Both the position numbers and the translations under genes were made by a program. A DNA stretch of 64,000 bases from Raja brachyura (taxonomy: Eukaryota): positions 14,756,001-14,820,000 of the forward strand of contig OY740787.1 of assembly GCA_963514005.1 (NCBI GenBank), read 5' to 3'. Shown one piece after another: positions 34,960 to 48,074 of this stretch. Each line of letters opens with the position of its first letter. Within the stretch, counting starts at the first letter, position 1. The notes under the pieces are model-generated. The model searched no databases. It saw only the letters and a program-made list of their open reading frames with translations, and was not told the DNA's origin.

Positions 34960-35310
34960 ATAGACAATAGACAATAGGTGCCAGAGTAAGCCATTTGGCC
35001 CTTCGAGCCAGCACCGCCATTCACTGTGATCATGGCTGATCATCCACATTCAGTTCCCCGTTCCTGCCTCCTCCTCATATCCCCTGACTCCGCTATCTTT
35101 AAGAGCTTTATCTCACTCTCTCTTGAAAGCATCCAGAGAATTGGCCTCCACTACCAGAGCCAGAGAATTCCACACATCCACAACTCTCTGGGTGGAAAAA
35201 GTTTTTCTTCATCTCCGTTCTGAATGGTCTACTCCTTATTCTTAAACTGTGGCCCCTGGTTCTGGACTCCCCCAACATCGGGAACATGTTTCCTGCCTCT
35301 AGCTTGCCCA
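34960..35310 (-). mobile_element. CR1-like LINE 3' end
   Basis: LEAGNMFPMLGESRTRGHSLRIRSRPFRTEMKKNFF. Confidence 0.85.
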
Positions 35311-35561
35311 TTGAAGTTAGCTTCTGAAATCTGGTGCTATTGATTTCAGTGCAATCGTATTTCTGGTCAACATCCCTTTCATTGAGTACCTAGATTTTTT
35401 TACTTGCATGCTTTCCAATTAAATTAGATCATACTATACATGAGTACAGTCAAGCCACACACAAATATAACAGGTAGCGCAAAGAGAAAAACACTTAGAG
35501 AGAAAATGTCCAGCATCCACAATGAAGGTAGGTTGGAAGATCGGAACTATCCCCTAACTTA

Positions 35562-35870
35562 TTTAGTTGAGTTTAGAGATACAGCGCGGAAACAGGCCCT
35601 TCGGCCCACCGACTCCACGCCGACCAGCGATCCCCGCACATTAACACTATCCTACACACACTAGGGACAATTTACGCCTACACCAAGCCAATTTACCTAT
35701 AACCCTGTACGTCTTTGGAGTGTGGGAGGAAACCGAAGATCTCGGAGAAAACCCACGGGGAGAACGTACAAACTCCGTACAGACAGCACCCACAGTCAGG
35801 ATCGAACCCGGGTCTCCGGCGCAGCAAGCGCTGTAAGGCAGCAAATCTACCGCTGCACCACCGTGCTGCC
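35562..35870 (-). mobile_element. HE1/V-SINE (well preserved)
   Basis: Full reverse copy with tRNA head, V-domain and tail. Confidence 0.88.
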
Positions 35871-36691
35871 CAAGGACTATTGTGAGGATTATTAACAGTG
35901 GGAAGAAGTGATTTCTGTCTCCGATGGTACATGCTTGCAGGCTTTTGTTTCTTCTGCCCGATGGGAGAGGGGAGTGAATTTCAGTGCTGACCTTCCATGT
36001 GCAAGCATGCCGACATCACATTAAACAGAAAACCTATTTCTGGGTATATTTTAGATGTCAAAAGTATATTTTTCGTTTGTTTTAAGCTGTCCGCAAGGAT
36101 CCTCCACCATGCTTAGCGGTTTTGCCTTGTGCATCTTTCACTGGCCTTTGGATGGTGGCTCTGTCCCTTTCACAGTGTAAAACCTTTTATCCTGGTTAAT
36201 CTTGGAGATAATAAACTTTTTGTTTAAAGCAATTACTTAATCCTGGTGATCTCCAGCATTAAGTAGGACTGTTATTGAGTTGGTAATAAATCAGAGCTTA
36301 GCCAGGTGGGGGTGATTACACGGAACTGCAATCACTCTTCTGGACCAACGCGATACCTTGGCAATTTTAAGTGCTGTAATTATACAAACAGCATGTTAAC
36401 AACAAACAGTTTGCATGCAAGACAGTGAGTTGCCCCATGAATTTTTGCTCATTTTTATTTTTTACTGCGCGCTCCTCCCGAGCAGAATGATACATAGATG
36501 TTATTAGCAGGTACTGGAAACACATCTGCTGGATGCAGATAATTTCCTCATCTAAGCACAATCAGGTTTTTTTTCTCTAAAAAAGGACCAGATAGCGCTG
36601 TCGTCAAGTGCCTTGCATGCACTGTGCTTCCCAGTAGTATTCCTATTTAAAGAGGCCTCAATGCCAACATCCCACATTGTTTGCAGCTTAA

Positions 36692-37179
36692 AGGGCCTGT
36701 CCCACCAACATGCGCCTGCATGTGGCAAGCGCGACCAAACTGGCAGCAGGGGCCGCGCGGAGGTCGGGTGAGTGGCGCAACGCGGCGCAAAGTGAGGCGA
36801 ACTTGGAGCGAAGTCTTAAAGGTAAGTTTGCCAGGACAGAGAGCGACACACAGAGAGGGGCACAAAGGCACACACAGAGAGGGCCATGGAGCCACACACA
36901 GAGAGGGTCACGGAGGCAACTACAGATAGGTTCATGGAGGCACGACGCGAGGCGGTGTGTAATGCGTCGAGGCGACAGCGAGCAGACCAGCCGTTGCCGC
37001 GCGGAATTTTTGAACACGGTCAGCTTTTCGGAGCCCCGCGCGATGTCGGGACGAACTCCGCACAATTCCGCACGGCTCCGGCGATTGAAGTGGGACCGGC
37101 CCCGTGACGCCGGACGGCTCAAGCGACCACGTTAGGTCGCGCTCATCGCATGGAGTTGCATGCTGGTGGGACAGGCCCT
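36692..37179. mobile_element. PIF/Harbinger-like MITE (488 bp, CpG-rich)
   Basis: TIRs agggcctgtcccacca.catgc / gcatgctggtgggacaggccct; internal cacacagagaggg tandem of about 21 bp at 36838-36915. Confidence 0.8.
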
Positions 37180-37589
37180 TTCGGAAGAAATATCAGGATT
37201 AGCACGCTTACGAACTTGTTCTGCTGTTTACTCCCTGCCACTACATAAGGTGTTGATTCCTTGTGCTTCACGCATATCTACCTACCTACTAACCTCCCCT
37301 CATTGCCACCACACCCCCGCTCTCAGTGGCCTTGAAAATTAATAAGCTATGTGATAATGAACGATTATACAATAAGCCTGATCTATTGAGTGCCCATGTT
37401 CTTGTGTACATATACAAGGACCACTCATATCCGATACATATGCTTACGCACTGATGCTCCTTCCCCTAACTCTTGCCAGCACAGATTTCTTGATAGGATC
37501 TCTGCAGATTCTCCAGTGCCCTCGTTTTTCCTGTTGTAGCACTGTGATCACCACCACGTTTAAATCAGCACATCACAGTGATTCTTTGA

Positions 37590-37850
37590 GGTGAGAGGGA
37601 CAAAGTTTAAAGGCGATGTGCAAGGCATGTTGTGTGCACACAGAGGGTGGTGAGTGCCTGGAACGCGCTGCCGGGGGTGGTGGTTGAAGCAGATACGTTA
37701 GTGGCATTTTAAAACACTTTTGGCTCGGCTTACAGATATGCAGGGAACCTAGGGCTATGGGTCTCGTGCAGGTTGATAAGTGATGGTCTTGGTATCGTGT
37801 CCACCACAGACATTGTGGGCTGAAGGGCCTGTTCTTGTGCCATACGGTTC
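37590..37850 (+). mobile_element. CR1-like LINE 3' end (older)
   Basis: aggtgagagggacaaagtttaaagg...cacacagagggtggtgagtgcctggaacgcgctgcc...gggctgaagggcctgtt. Confidence 0.7.
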
Positions 37851-37974
37851 AGTGCTCTCACATGCCACCAAATTGCCTAGCCTTTGGCATTAACCCAAAT
37901 GCAAAAGCAAACTATCCCACGTCATCTGGATTACCAAATACACTAACTCTGCAACGTTGCCTCTCGGTTTTCTG

Positions 37975-38385
37975 GAGTTTATTGTCACGTGTACCGAGGT
38001 ACAGTGAAAAGCTTTTTTTGCATGCTAGCCAGTCAGCAAAAACACAGTACATGATTACACTTGAGCCATTCACAGTGTACAGAGGCATGAAAAAAGGGAA
38101 TAACGTTTGGTGCTAGATGAAGTCCAGTAAAGTCCAAATTAAACACAAAAAACTGGAGTCTGAAGAAGGCTCTTGACCCGAATCGCCACCCATTCCTTCT
38201 CTCCAGTGATGCTGCCTGTCCCGCTGAGTTACTCCAGCTTTTTGTGTCTATCTTTAGTTCCTTCTTACGCAAAGTCCAATTAAAGATAGTCGGTGGGTCT
38301 CCATTGAGGTAGATGGTAGCTCAGGACCATTCTCCAGTTGTAAATAAGAAGGTTCAGATGCCTGATAACAGCTGGGAAGAATATG
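37975..38385 (-). mobile_element. Rex1/Babar-like 3' end with a nested Penelope repeat (38150-38270)
   Basis: Reverse of the 16236-16525 element (gcctgataacagctgggaagaa). Confidence 0.6.
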
Positions 38386-38684
38386 TTCTTTAGAAAGGAG
38401 AAGGCAGGTGAATGGGGTTGAGCGGGAAAGACAAATCAGCCGGGACAGAATGGCGGAGTAGATCTAATGGGCTGAATGGCCTAATTCTGTTCCTAGAACT
38501 TAATGAAAGCATGAATGTGGAGGGTTGAGCCCAGGCTGCTGGAGCCGTGAGGTAGCAGCATGAACAGCTGTGCCACACTGCTCCCATGTTGGGACACGTG
38601 ACCCAGATGGTAGTCCCACCTCTGATGATGCAGCCCCCTGCCAACTCCTGCAAGATTGCATGACGGTAACTGAAGATTCGTACG

Positions 38685-39320
38685 TTCTTAAGTTCTAGGA
38701 GCAGAATTCAGTCCATTAAGTCTACCCCGCCATCCAATCATGGCTGATCGATCTTTCCCTCTCAACCCCATTCTCCTGTCTGCTCCCTGTAACCCCTGAC
38801 ACCCTTATGCCCCTGTCCCACTTAGGAAACCTGAACGGAAACCTCTGGACACTTTGCGCCCCACCCAAGGTTTCCGTGCGGTTCCCGGAGGTTTTTGTCC
38901 TTCAGCAACCTCCTTCAACTAGCATAGCAACCGGCTTCCACTAAAAAATTACCAATTTTTAAAACAGAAACCACTTTCGATCATTAGGGAGACTGACAAA
39001 CACCTCCGGGAACCGCACGGAAACCTTAGGTGGGGCGCAAAGTCTCCAGAGGTTTCCGTTCAGGTTTCCTAAGTGGGACAGGGGCATTACTGATCAAGAA
39101 TCTGCCAATCTCCGCCTTAAAATACCCATTGACTTGGCCTCCACAGCCACCTGTGGCAATGATTTCCACAGATTCACCACCCTCTGACTAAATAATCTCC
39201 TCCTCATCTCCTTCCCAAAGGTACGACCTTTTATTCATAGGCTATGGCTTCTGGTCCTAGACTGTCCCATTAGTGGAAACATCATCTCCACACCCACTGT
39301 ATTCAGGCCTTTCACTGAGG
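38685..39320 (-). mobile_element. CR1-like LINE 3' end hosting a MITE
   Basis: CR1 3' UTR continuous across 38808-39086. Confidence 0.8.
38808..39086. mobile_element. PIF/Harbinger-like MITE, 279 bp, opposite orientation to the 33085 copy
   Basis: Same TIRs as 33085; perfect TTA/TTA TSD; internal part is the reverse complement of the 33085 copy. Confidence 0.92.
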
Positions 39321-40037
39321 TCTCTGGGAATGCAAGGAAATACAAGTGTGGCCTTCGTGCAGCTTTGAATAGAGTAGAAAGTTACAGCACATGGCTCAGT
39401 GGCTTAATAACATTGACAACTCACACTAATGCAGCAGCTTCATTGTAGAAAAAAAGTGCCCTGGGCACTCAGCAGAGAAATAGAGAAAAATATATTCCAA
39501 AGCAAATGAAGAAATATTAGGAGACATATCCAAAAATATGGTTAAAGAGGTCAGCCTAAGGAGAGTCTAACTACATTAGATCGGTCCCTTCATTGACCAG
39601 GGTTTCTGTAAAAACTGATGTCAGGAAGGAGATTTCCTAAAACACCTCTATTTTTTTAATGTACCTTCAGCATCACACCGGATCAACTGTTAATTCAGGG
39701 AAAATCTTTTTTACTGGCCTGATCTTGCCTTCCTCCGGGGCTTTGCCAAGGCTTTGATCAGTGGCACATTCTTTTTTTCCTTCCTCTTTCAAAGGTTTCC
39801 AAAATGCAGCCGGAATAGAAATGTTGTAAGCCATCCAAACCATTAAAGGCGAAAAAGCTTCAGACTAAGGGCTTAACCTCCGAAAGGAATTAAGATATCG
39901 CCAGGCTAGGAAACAGAGACAAGGGGATGGTCAGCTGGAAGGAACTTGGCAATCTGTAAAGCAATTCTGAAGAAGGGTCCCGACCTGAAACTTTGCCTGT
40001 CCATTCCTTCCACAAATGCTGTCTGTCCCACTGAGTT

Positions 40038-40470
40038 AGTCATTGTCACATGTACCAAGGTACAGTGAAAGGTTTTTGTTGCGCACAAACTAGTCAGTGG
40101 AAAGCCAATACATGATTGCAATAGAGCCATCCACAGTGTACAGATACATGATAAAGGGGATGTTGTGAATAACATTTGGTGCGAGATAAAGCCAGTAAAG
40201 TCCAATCCAAGATAGTCCAAAGGTCTCCAATGAGGTGGATATTAGTTCAGGACTGCTCTTTAGTTGTTGGTAGGATGGTTCAGTTGCCTGATAACAGCTG
40301 GGAAGAAACTGTCCCTGAATCTGGCGGTGTGTGTTTTCACACTTCTATCCCTTTTGCCCGATGGGAGAGGGGAGAAGAGGGAGTGACCAGGGTGCAACTC
40401 ATCCTTGATTATGTTGGTGGCCTTGCATGAGGTCTAAATTGAGTCAATGGAAGAGAGGTTGGTTTGTGCG
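40038..40470 (-). mobile_element. Rex1/Babar-like LINE 3' end
   Basis: Reverse of LFSPLPSGKR...FRDSFFPAVIRQLN plus the 3' UTR. Confidence 0.65.
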
Positions 40471-40957
40471 ATGGTCTAGATTCCAGCATCTGTAGTTCCT
40501 TGTGACTCAAAATCTGTTCCATCATTAAGGGAGAAATTCATGACATTTGGTCAATCTGTGGCTGCTCAACACCTGGCTTGAGATCTAAATATTCTGTTGG
40601 TTTATGTTTCATTCACAAGAAGAAGAGGTCAATCTTTGCCATACACTCTTTGTCCTTCTTTGCTGCCTTATTTTGTTTTGAAGGACCATTTGCAAAGATA
40701 AGTAAAAAGTTGAATTTTTGATTTAACCTTCAGGTAAGAATCATAAATAATGAATCCAGCACCCCAAGCAGGCAATTTGTTTTGCACAATCAAATATAGT
40801 ATTGCATATGTAAATCTAACTCAGACACCCAATGAGCATGGCTTCTTTTAAGAGTTCAGGAGTTTTTCCAATTAAAAACAATCATAAAATGCTGAAAATA
40901 TACAGCAAGTCGGGCAGGATCTGCAGAGAGAAAGAAAACAGAGTTAGTATTTAGGTT

Positions 40958-41265
40958 GTGTAGAAAGGAACTGCAGAAATACACAAAATGCTGGTATAAC
41001 TCAGCGGGGAAGGCAGCACCTCTGGAGATAAGGAATAGGTGACGTTCCGTGTTGAGACCCTTCTTCAGAACAGCAGATGCTGGTTTATACCGAAGACATA
41101 TACAAAGTGCTGGAGAAACTCAGCAGGTCAGGCAGAATCTCTGGAGAAAAAGGATGGGTGCCATTCTGGTTCTGAAGAAGAGTCCCAACCCGAAACGTCA
41201 CCCATCCTTTTTCTTCAGAGATGTTGCCTGACCTACTGAGTTGCTCCAGCACTTTGCGTCTATAT
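40958..41265. mobile_element. Penelope terminal repeats
   Basis: Two forward arms and one inverted arm; ctgaagaagagtcccaacccgaaacgtca at about 41172. Confidence 0.65.
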
Positions 41266-42839
41266 TTAGTATTTTAGGTTGGTGATCTTTCGTCAGAACA
41301 TAAGCAGTTTAAGACACGGAGAAAATGGAGGGATGCGATGGAAGGCATGGTGAGGAGATACAAGTGTTATTTACGCTAACTCTGGCACTGCAGCATGTTC
41401 ATTCTGTAAAAGTCAACAGATGTAACTATAGCTTTTGTTATGGAGGAAGAAAAATGTCTCACCTTTGCAAAGGGGTGGCCACCTTTTATCATAATTGCTT
41501 GAGGCAGTCGGTGAATCTTCAGGTGCTCGGCAAGTTTCATTTGTGCATGAAGTTGGCAATGCTGCACTTCCCACCCGTCTTATGCCCTGAGAGGATCATA
41601 AGAGAGTCTCTTTTAACTTAATAAAATATGTTCTTGATGTTATTCATTGAACAAAAATATTTTGACTTCCTTAAAGGGGAACAGTGGAGGTAGCCACAAG
41701 GAACTGCAGACATTGAATTACAGAAAAGTTGTCTCAAGCAAAATGAGTGGGAAGGAACTGCAGATGCTGGTTTAAACCAAAGATTAAGGCTTAATCTTAA
41801 GAAGATTAAAGGGTCTCAACCCAAAACATCACCTATTCCTTTTCTCCAGAGATGCTTTCTGACACGCTGAGTTACTCCAGCTTTTTTGCGTCTATCTCCA
41901 AGCAAAATGCAACTCCACTTTGTTGACATTCCTCTGTCCAGGAGTCAGAGATGACAAGATTTACTCCAGGAGCTCATCGTTGAATTCTTATCATTTAATT
42001 AAAGGTGTTGAGGTCCACCCACCTCCATTTTGGTCCTGTAAGGTGGGGGGGGGGGGGGGGGGGGGAAGAGGGGATAGGAGAGGGAAAGGTTGGCCATCGG
42101 TGAATGCCCTTCCTTCTGTGCACCCCACCCCTTCCCTTCCAACAGGTTCTGCAGGTACAGGTCCATCCCAGGTTACGACGGAGTTCCACTCCTGAGAAAA
42201 TTCATACCCAAGCATTTTGCAAGTGAAAAGCCTTTTTTTGGTTAGCACGAAACAAAGGCTTTACACTGCACCTCGGTACACATGACAATGAACTGATCAA
42301 ACTGAAATAAAAGGTGTAGGAAGGGACTGGTTTACACCGGCAAGTGGTAGCGAGGTTTGGTGGGTCCAGAGGGTGGAGGAGTTAATGGACAGATGGATTC
42401 AGGGGCGGGACAGATGGGTGGAAATAGTCTAAATGTAGAAACAAGGAACTGCACATACTTGTTTACAGAAAAATACAGTGTTGGAGTAACTGAGCGTGTC
42501 AGACAACATCTCAGAGGAAGTGAATAGGTGACGTTTCGGGTCGAAACCCTATTTCATAATTCATCCAAGGAAAGACATAAACTCAGGAGAATGTGAGTTG
42601 GTGACGTTTTTGATCATTCTGAAGAAGGGCCCTAACCCAAAATGTTACCTATCCCTGTTCTTTGATCTCTCTCTTGTTTGTCATGTCATACTATGTTTGC
42701 ATATTCTGTTGTGCTGCAGCAAGTAGCAATTTCATTGTTCTATCTGGGACATATGACAATAAAACACTCTTGACTCTTCCCCAGATATGTTGCCTGACCC
42801 GTGGAATTCCTCCAGCACTTGGTGGCTTTTAAAAAAAAA

Positions 42840-43380
42840 AAGTGGAAACAGTATCTGTTGTCTCCGTGCTTCTTTCAACTAATCGTTTGCATCCTCAAAC
42901 TCATCCTGCCTGCCGTTGGGTGGGTAAAAGGGGTGTGTAATAACTTGCCTGCTCCTACAGCTCCAAACTGTCACTTTGAAAGCTGTGGCGCTCTATTATG
43001 TATTTTCTTTCTTTTGTCAAGAATTGGCGGAGCTGGCTGTCTCAATACATCTCCCGTATAAACTGTTCCTTTGAGCATTTTTGCGCCGAGGGCATTAACA
43101 CTGATGATTCACAAACACGGAATAATAGAAGCAGACGTGTGTTGCTACCTTCCTAAAGAACAGACAAATATTTACAGAAGGAGCTGTCTGCCGCGGATTC
43201 CCATGTGATTTGCAAACGAGGGTATTCTTTTCCCGACTGGCAGATTGGTTGGAACTTTCTGTGCAGAATAAAAGTTGTTAAAAATGTTTTCTGAGGGAAC
43301 GGTTTTGCTTCCTTTCCACACTACTGTGGGCTACAGTGTGTCTGGCGGAATATGATCTCAGTTTCTGTTCTGTTTTAAAA
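42840..43380. promoter_or_regulatory. Candidate conserved non-coding element
   Basis: TE-free, complex, CpG-retaining sequence between repeat clusters. Confidence 0.3.
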
Positions 43381-43399
43381 GAGCCCAACTCTTTACATT

Positions 43400-43500
43400 G
43401 AAGTCTGAAGGAGCGTCTCGACCCGAAACGTCACCCACTCCTTCTCTCCAGAGATGCTGCCTGTCCCGCTGAGTTACTCCACCTTTTTGTGTCTATCTTC
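43400..43500 (+). mobile_element. Penelope terminal repeat
   Basis: ctgaaggagcgtctcgacccgaaacgtcaccc...ctgagttactcc. Confidence 0.7.
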
Positions 43501-44517
43501 AGGCGAGGAGCTGGGAAGGTGGGAGAATGGTGGACTGTTGCTATTATCCCAGGACACCGTTATTCCCTGCTTCCTATTCGATGATTGTGGTTTTCCCACC
43601 AGCTTGCACGTCAGTTGCTGCTCGTCACTTATGATGCTTGAGGCTCGAGCAACTTGGTATCAGCCTTATGCCAAAGTAGTTCAAAGTCCCTCCCAACTTT
43701 CAGCAGACTTTCAACCAGGTTCCAGTCATTTTCTGTGGACGCAAGAGACTGCAGATGCTGGGATATGGAGCAAAAAGCGGACTGCAGTGATTGCATCGAG
43801 TAGCATTTTGGGGGGGGAGGGGGGAGGAATTGTTGATGTTTCGTGTTGAGAACCGGAATCAGGACTGAGTGGAGAGTGGACATCCTGGATCGGGAAACGA
43901 GCGTGCGAACAGTCAGACCGGACTTCGAAATGGCGCCAAAAACATGGCGGCGTCTGCATATGTAAATGTGCAAAAGGAATTTCACTGTGCAGTTACAAAC
44001 AAAGCACCATTGAACCAATATAAAAAGGAGAGAGGGGGAGGGATGAGACAGAGGCGGGTAGGTGTTAAGGAGGACTAAAAAGGGGTGAAGAATGGCAGGC
44101 AGATAAAACCAGCTGGGGGAACAAGGAACTGCAGGTGCCAGTTTATTTTTTAAAATGGGCACAAAGGTGCTAGAGGAACTTGGCGGGTCAGGCAGCATCT
44201 GCGGAAAGGGGATTCGCAAGAAATGATTTGGGTTGCAAACTTTCTTCAGGTGGATTGAAGCGTTCTCTCCCCTACTCCAATCTGTCTGAAGAAGGGTCCG
44301 GATTCGAAATGTCACCTGTCCATTCTTTCGAAAGTTGCTGCTTGACCTGCTGATATCCTCCAGGCTTTGTGTTTTGCTCACAAATCAAGCGTCTGTATTT
44401 CCTTGTCGGCTTCATTTCTGCCTGGAAACTGCTTCACTGTCCCCTTTGGGATGCTGTGCCTTGATATTGGACCCATGCCAGAGATAAGGGAGGATGATAA
44501 TAGTTTCTTCTTCCTAA

Positions 44518-44980
44518 GGTTTAGTTTAGTTGATACAGTGCGGAAACAGGCCCTTCGGCCCATCGACCCAGCGATCCCCGCATATTAACACTATCCTGCA
44601 CATACTTCCCCTCTACTGTAAATGTACTGTAATACACTGTGAATACACCGTACACCGTATGGCTCGATTGTAAACATGTATTGGCTTTCAGCTGCCTGGA
44701 TCGCACGCAACAAAAGCTTTTCACTGTACCTTGGTACACGTGACAATAAACCAAACTGTAATAGGAAGGACTGTTATTGTGAGGACGCTAGAGAAATGTA
44801 CAATTATACCAAGCCAATTAACCCACAAACCTGTACGTCTTTGGAGTGTGGGAGGAAGCCGGAGATCCCGGTGAAAAACCACACAAGTGACGGAGAGAGC
44901 GTACAAACTCCGTACAGACAAGCACCCGTAGTCAGGATGGAACCCGGGTCTCTGGGGCTGTAATGCAGCAACTCTACCAA
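44518..44980 (-). mobile_element. HE1/V-SINE interrupted by a Rex/Babar tail (about 44620-44755)
   Basis: SINE tail at 44518-44600 and SINE head/V-domain at 44800-44980. Confidence 0.7.
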
Positions 44981-45529
44981 CGTGCTGGTTGTGGACAAGG
45001 AGTGTGAAGAAAAGGGCATGCTGAGAATCCTAGACGCATTTACAGGTAGAAGGAATGACCAGTGTGTGTGCTCCTTGCGTGAATTAAGGGTTAGGGTGAC
45101 AAAGGTCCTAGTTAACATTCCCGTGGTCATTGAAAAATAAATAAATTAAAGAGTGCCCGAGGCTAGGAGGTCTTGTGGTTTCCATGGGTTAGCAGGCTGC
45201 TTGTTGTTCAAATCCAACACATCTAAAGGGGATGAAAGCTTCTCCAGGCTATTGGATCAAAGCCTCCTGTGTGGAATGAAGTTTGGGCTTTTCAGTCATG
45301 AATCCTTAGCACAGAATTATTCTTCATTCAAGATCAATTGCACTCAGATTAAAGATGAGTGATGTGGGAAGTGAAGGAATTCATACTGCTGCTGTGGGGA
45401 ATACTATAACGCGGTAGGGAATATAGATATGAAAGAAAATACGATTTCTATTTATGGAGCATCTTTTGCAAATGCAAGCACTCTATGGCCAATGAATTAC
45501 TGCCTTTGAAGCACTGTTCTTTTCATGAG

Positions 45530-46012
45530 TAAAAGGAGCGGAGTTAGGCCATTCGGCCCATCAAGTCTACTCCACCATTCAGTCATGGCTGATCTATATT
45601 TTACTCAACCCCATTCTCCTGCCTTTGCCCCATAACCCCGACACCTGCTCTAATCAAGAATCTATCTATCTCTGCCTTAAAATGTCCATTGTCTTGGCCG
45701 CCACAGCCTTCTGTGGCACTGAATTGCACAGATTTACCACCCTCTGACTAAAGAAATTCTTCCTCATCTCCTTTCTAAATGTATGTCCTTTAATTCTAAG
45801 GCTATGACTGGTTCTCGACTCTCCCACTAGTGGAAACATCCTGTCCACATCCACTCTACTCAGGCCTTTCACAGGGTCAGTGCTGTCAAACGCTCATCAT
45901 ATGTTAACCCACTCATTCCTGAGATCATTCTCATAAACCTCCTCTGGTCCCTCTCCAACGCCAGCACACCCTTCCTCAGATATGGGACTCAAAATTGCTC
46001 ATAATACTCAAA
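45530..46012 (-). mobile_element. CR1-like LINE 3' end
   Basis: VKGLSRVDVDRMFPLVGESRT..FFSQRVVNLCNSVPQ. Confidence 0.85.
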
Positions 46013-46739
46013 TAGTTTCATTCTTTGTGGCCTGGTGAATATCACTGATGTAGGGCACCATTTATTGTGTGTTCCTCTATCTGTTCACCTATTACCTGCA
46101 ATGCTTTGTCCTGCCCTCCTCTCTTCCAGCTTTCTCCACCGAGCATATGCAATTTCCTTGTTCTGCATTTATTGCCCATTAGTTGTTGTCCTGACTTGCA
46201 TCTCTGGATAGAAGGAATGGGTGACATTTCGGGGCGAGATCCTGCTGCAGACTCGTGTCTCAACCCAAAACGTCACCCATCCCTTCTATCCAGAGATGCT
46301 GCCCGGCCCGCTCAGTTAGTCCAGCATTATTGTCACTTTTTTGGCGTAAACCAGCATCTGCAGTTCCTTCCTATATGTTCTGACTTGCAAGGCCATTTCA
46401 GAGGGCAGTTAAGAGACAAAGCAATCCCTCTAGGTGTGGAGTCACAGAGAAGTGAAACAATGAATGAAGGAATGAATTATACTTTGTAAAACAGGGCAAA
46501 AAAAACAAGAGATATCCTTTTTTAGGCAACATTCGAGAACCTGATTTTTTTTTTTAAACTTCAGAAGATGTTGGAATTGACAGCTTCTTGATTAGTAAGG
46601 GGTCAATTGTTACAGGGAGAAGGCAGGAGATTGGGGTTGAGAGGGAAGGATAGATCAGCCATGCTTGAATGGCGGAGTAGATTTGATGGGTTGAATGGCC
46701 TAATTCTGCTCTAAGGACTTATGAACATGCAGAGTAATC

Positions 46740-47385
46740 AAAATGGGAGCCTATAAGCTAGTAATATTTGTTGGAGGCTATCCTATCCCATTGAGATGGA
46801 GACAGAGAAACCCAGGACAAAGAATAAGCAGAGTTGTCCATGTGAAGATCGGGGTGGAAATTGGCAGCAAAAGTGCTGTGATATTTGTAGGGTTCTGCAG
46901 GAAGGCAGCACCAATATAGTCATCGGTGTACCAGAAAAATGTTTCAGGGTTAGATGGCTTATGGGCCTGTCCCACTTAGGCGATTTTTTAGACAACTACA
47001 GGCGACGTGTTTGTCGCCACTTGTTCGCCGGTGGTCGCCGGGAGTAATCTCGTCAGCCGTGCAAAATGTCGTAGCGCCTTTCTGGTTGCCGCTAAATTTT
47101 CAACTGTGTTGAAAATTCTTCGCCGACAGTGGGCTTGGCGCCAATGAGTGTAGATGGACTTCTCCTGACGTAGGTGCTGTCGTAGGTCGTCGCCAGGATG
47201 ACGTAGGTTGTCACCGGTTTCTCAGTGACCTGCTACGGCTATGACAGTCACCGGCAGTTGCTTAAAAAATTGCCAAGTGGGACAGGTCCATAAGGAGGAT
47301 TAAAGCAGAGACAGTTGCATGTATTCTATAGAGTACAGGTAGCAGCTTGGGCCCAAACAAGTTCATGGAACTACACGTTTAAACT
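46740..47385 (-). mobile_element. Degraded Penelope RT fragment split by a MITE
   Basis: Minus-strand FFWYTDDYIGAA (YIDD-like RT motif), and a decayed GVAMGT.LGPS-like segment at about 47340-47385. Confidence 0.55.
46962..47290. mobile_element. PIF/Harbinger-like MITE (329 bp)
   Basis: TIRs tgggcctgtcccacttaggcgatttttta / taaaaaattgccaagtgggacaggtcca; flanks TTA / TAA. Confidence 0.8.
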
Positions 47386-47707
47386 GCGGAAAGTGCGTGG
47401 AGTTGCAGAAGTTATTCGCCAATGGAATGGCCTGACAATGGGACAGTGTCCTGCAGTCAGACAGTCGCCGTTACTGTCATTATGTTTAGTTGCAGATTTT
47501 ATCGTTGGATATGGAGAGCTTTACTGTGTTCCCCAGACGTCGGCCCCAGCCTTTTGACTGGGGCAGACACAGAATGATGAAGTAGTTCAGCTGGTCAGGC
47601 AGCATCTCAGGAGAACATGGATAGTGGGCGTTTCGGGTTAGGACCCTACTTTAGACTGATTGTAGGAGAGGGGGGGAAGGGTGGGAAAAAAAGCTGGAAG
47701 AGAAGAC

Positions 47708-47995
47708 CATCATCATCATCATCATCATTGAAAACATCAACGGGCGCGGTGCCTTACAATGCTGTGCACGACAGTGATCGCAACTTCTACTGAAGTGTGG
47801 ATGGCCGTTGGCTCGCTAGAAGCTCATCCGCCCTTTGACAGGTCTTGTTTTTGGTCCTACTGGGGGTCCACAGCCCCCTCCTCACCTGGCAAACCAGATG
47901 GGGGAGACGGTTTAGTCGCCGACTATCCGACCCTGGAGCAGGTAGCACGGGATTACATGGTATCCATGGCGGGGGGGGAACTCCCCCTGACCTGA
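47708..47995 (-). mobile_element. RTE-related SINE-like element with a (TGA)n tail
   Basis: (cat)n tract followed by a GC-rich body containing acggtttagtcgccg. Confidence 0.4.
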
Positions 47996-48074
47996 CTCTG
48001 AAGAGAAGAGGGACAGGGCAGAGCCTAGATAAAGTTCTACGATTGTTGGTTCACTTTGTGACCCTATCCTGTCT

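Noticed and set aside
36688-37135. Arg-rich 141-144-aa ORFs
   Set aside because: They lie in the GC-rich interior of a MITE and have no transposase motifs.
43629-44381. 250-aa minus-strand ORF
   Set aside because: A chance frame through Penelope terminal repeats and low-complexity sequence.
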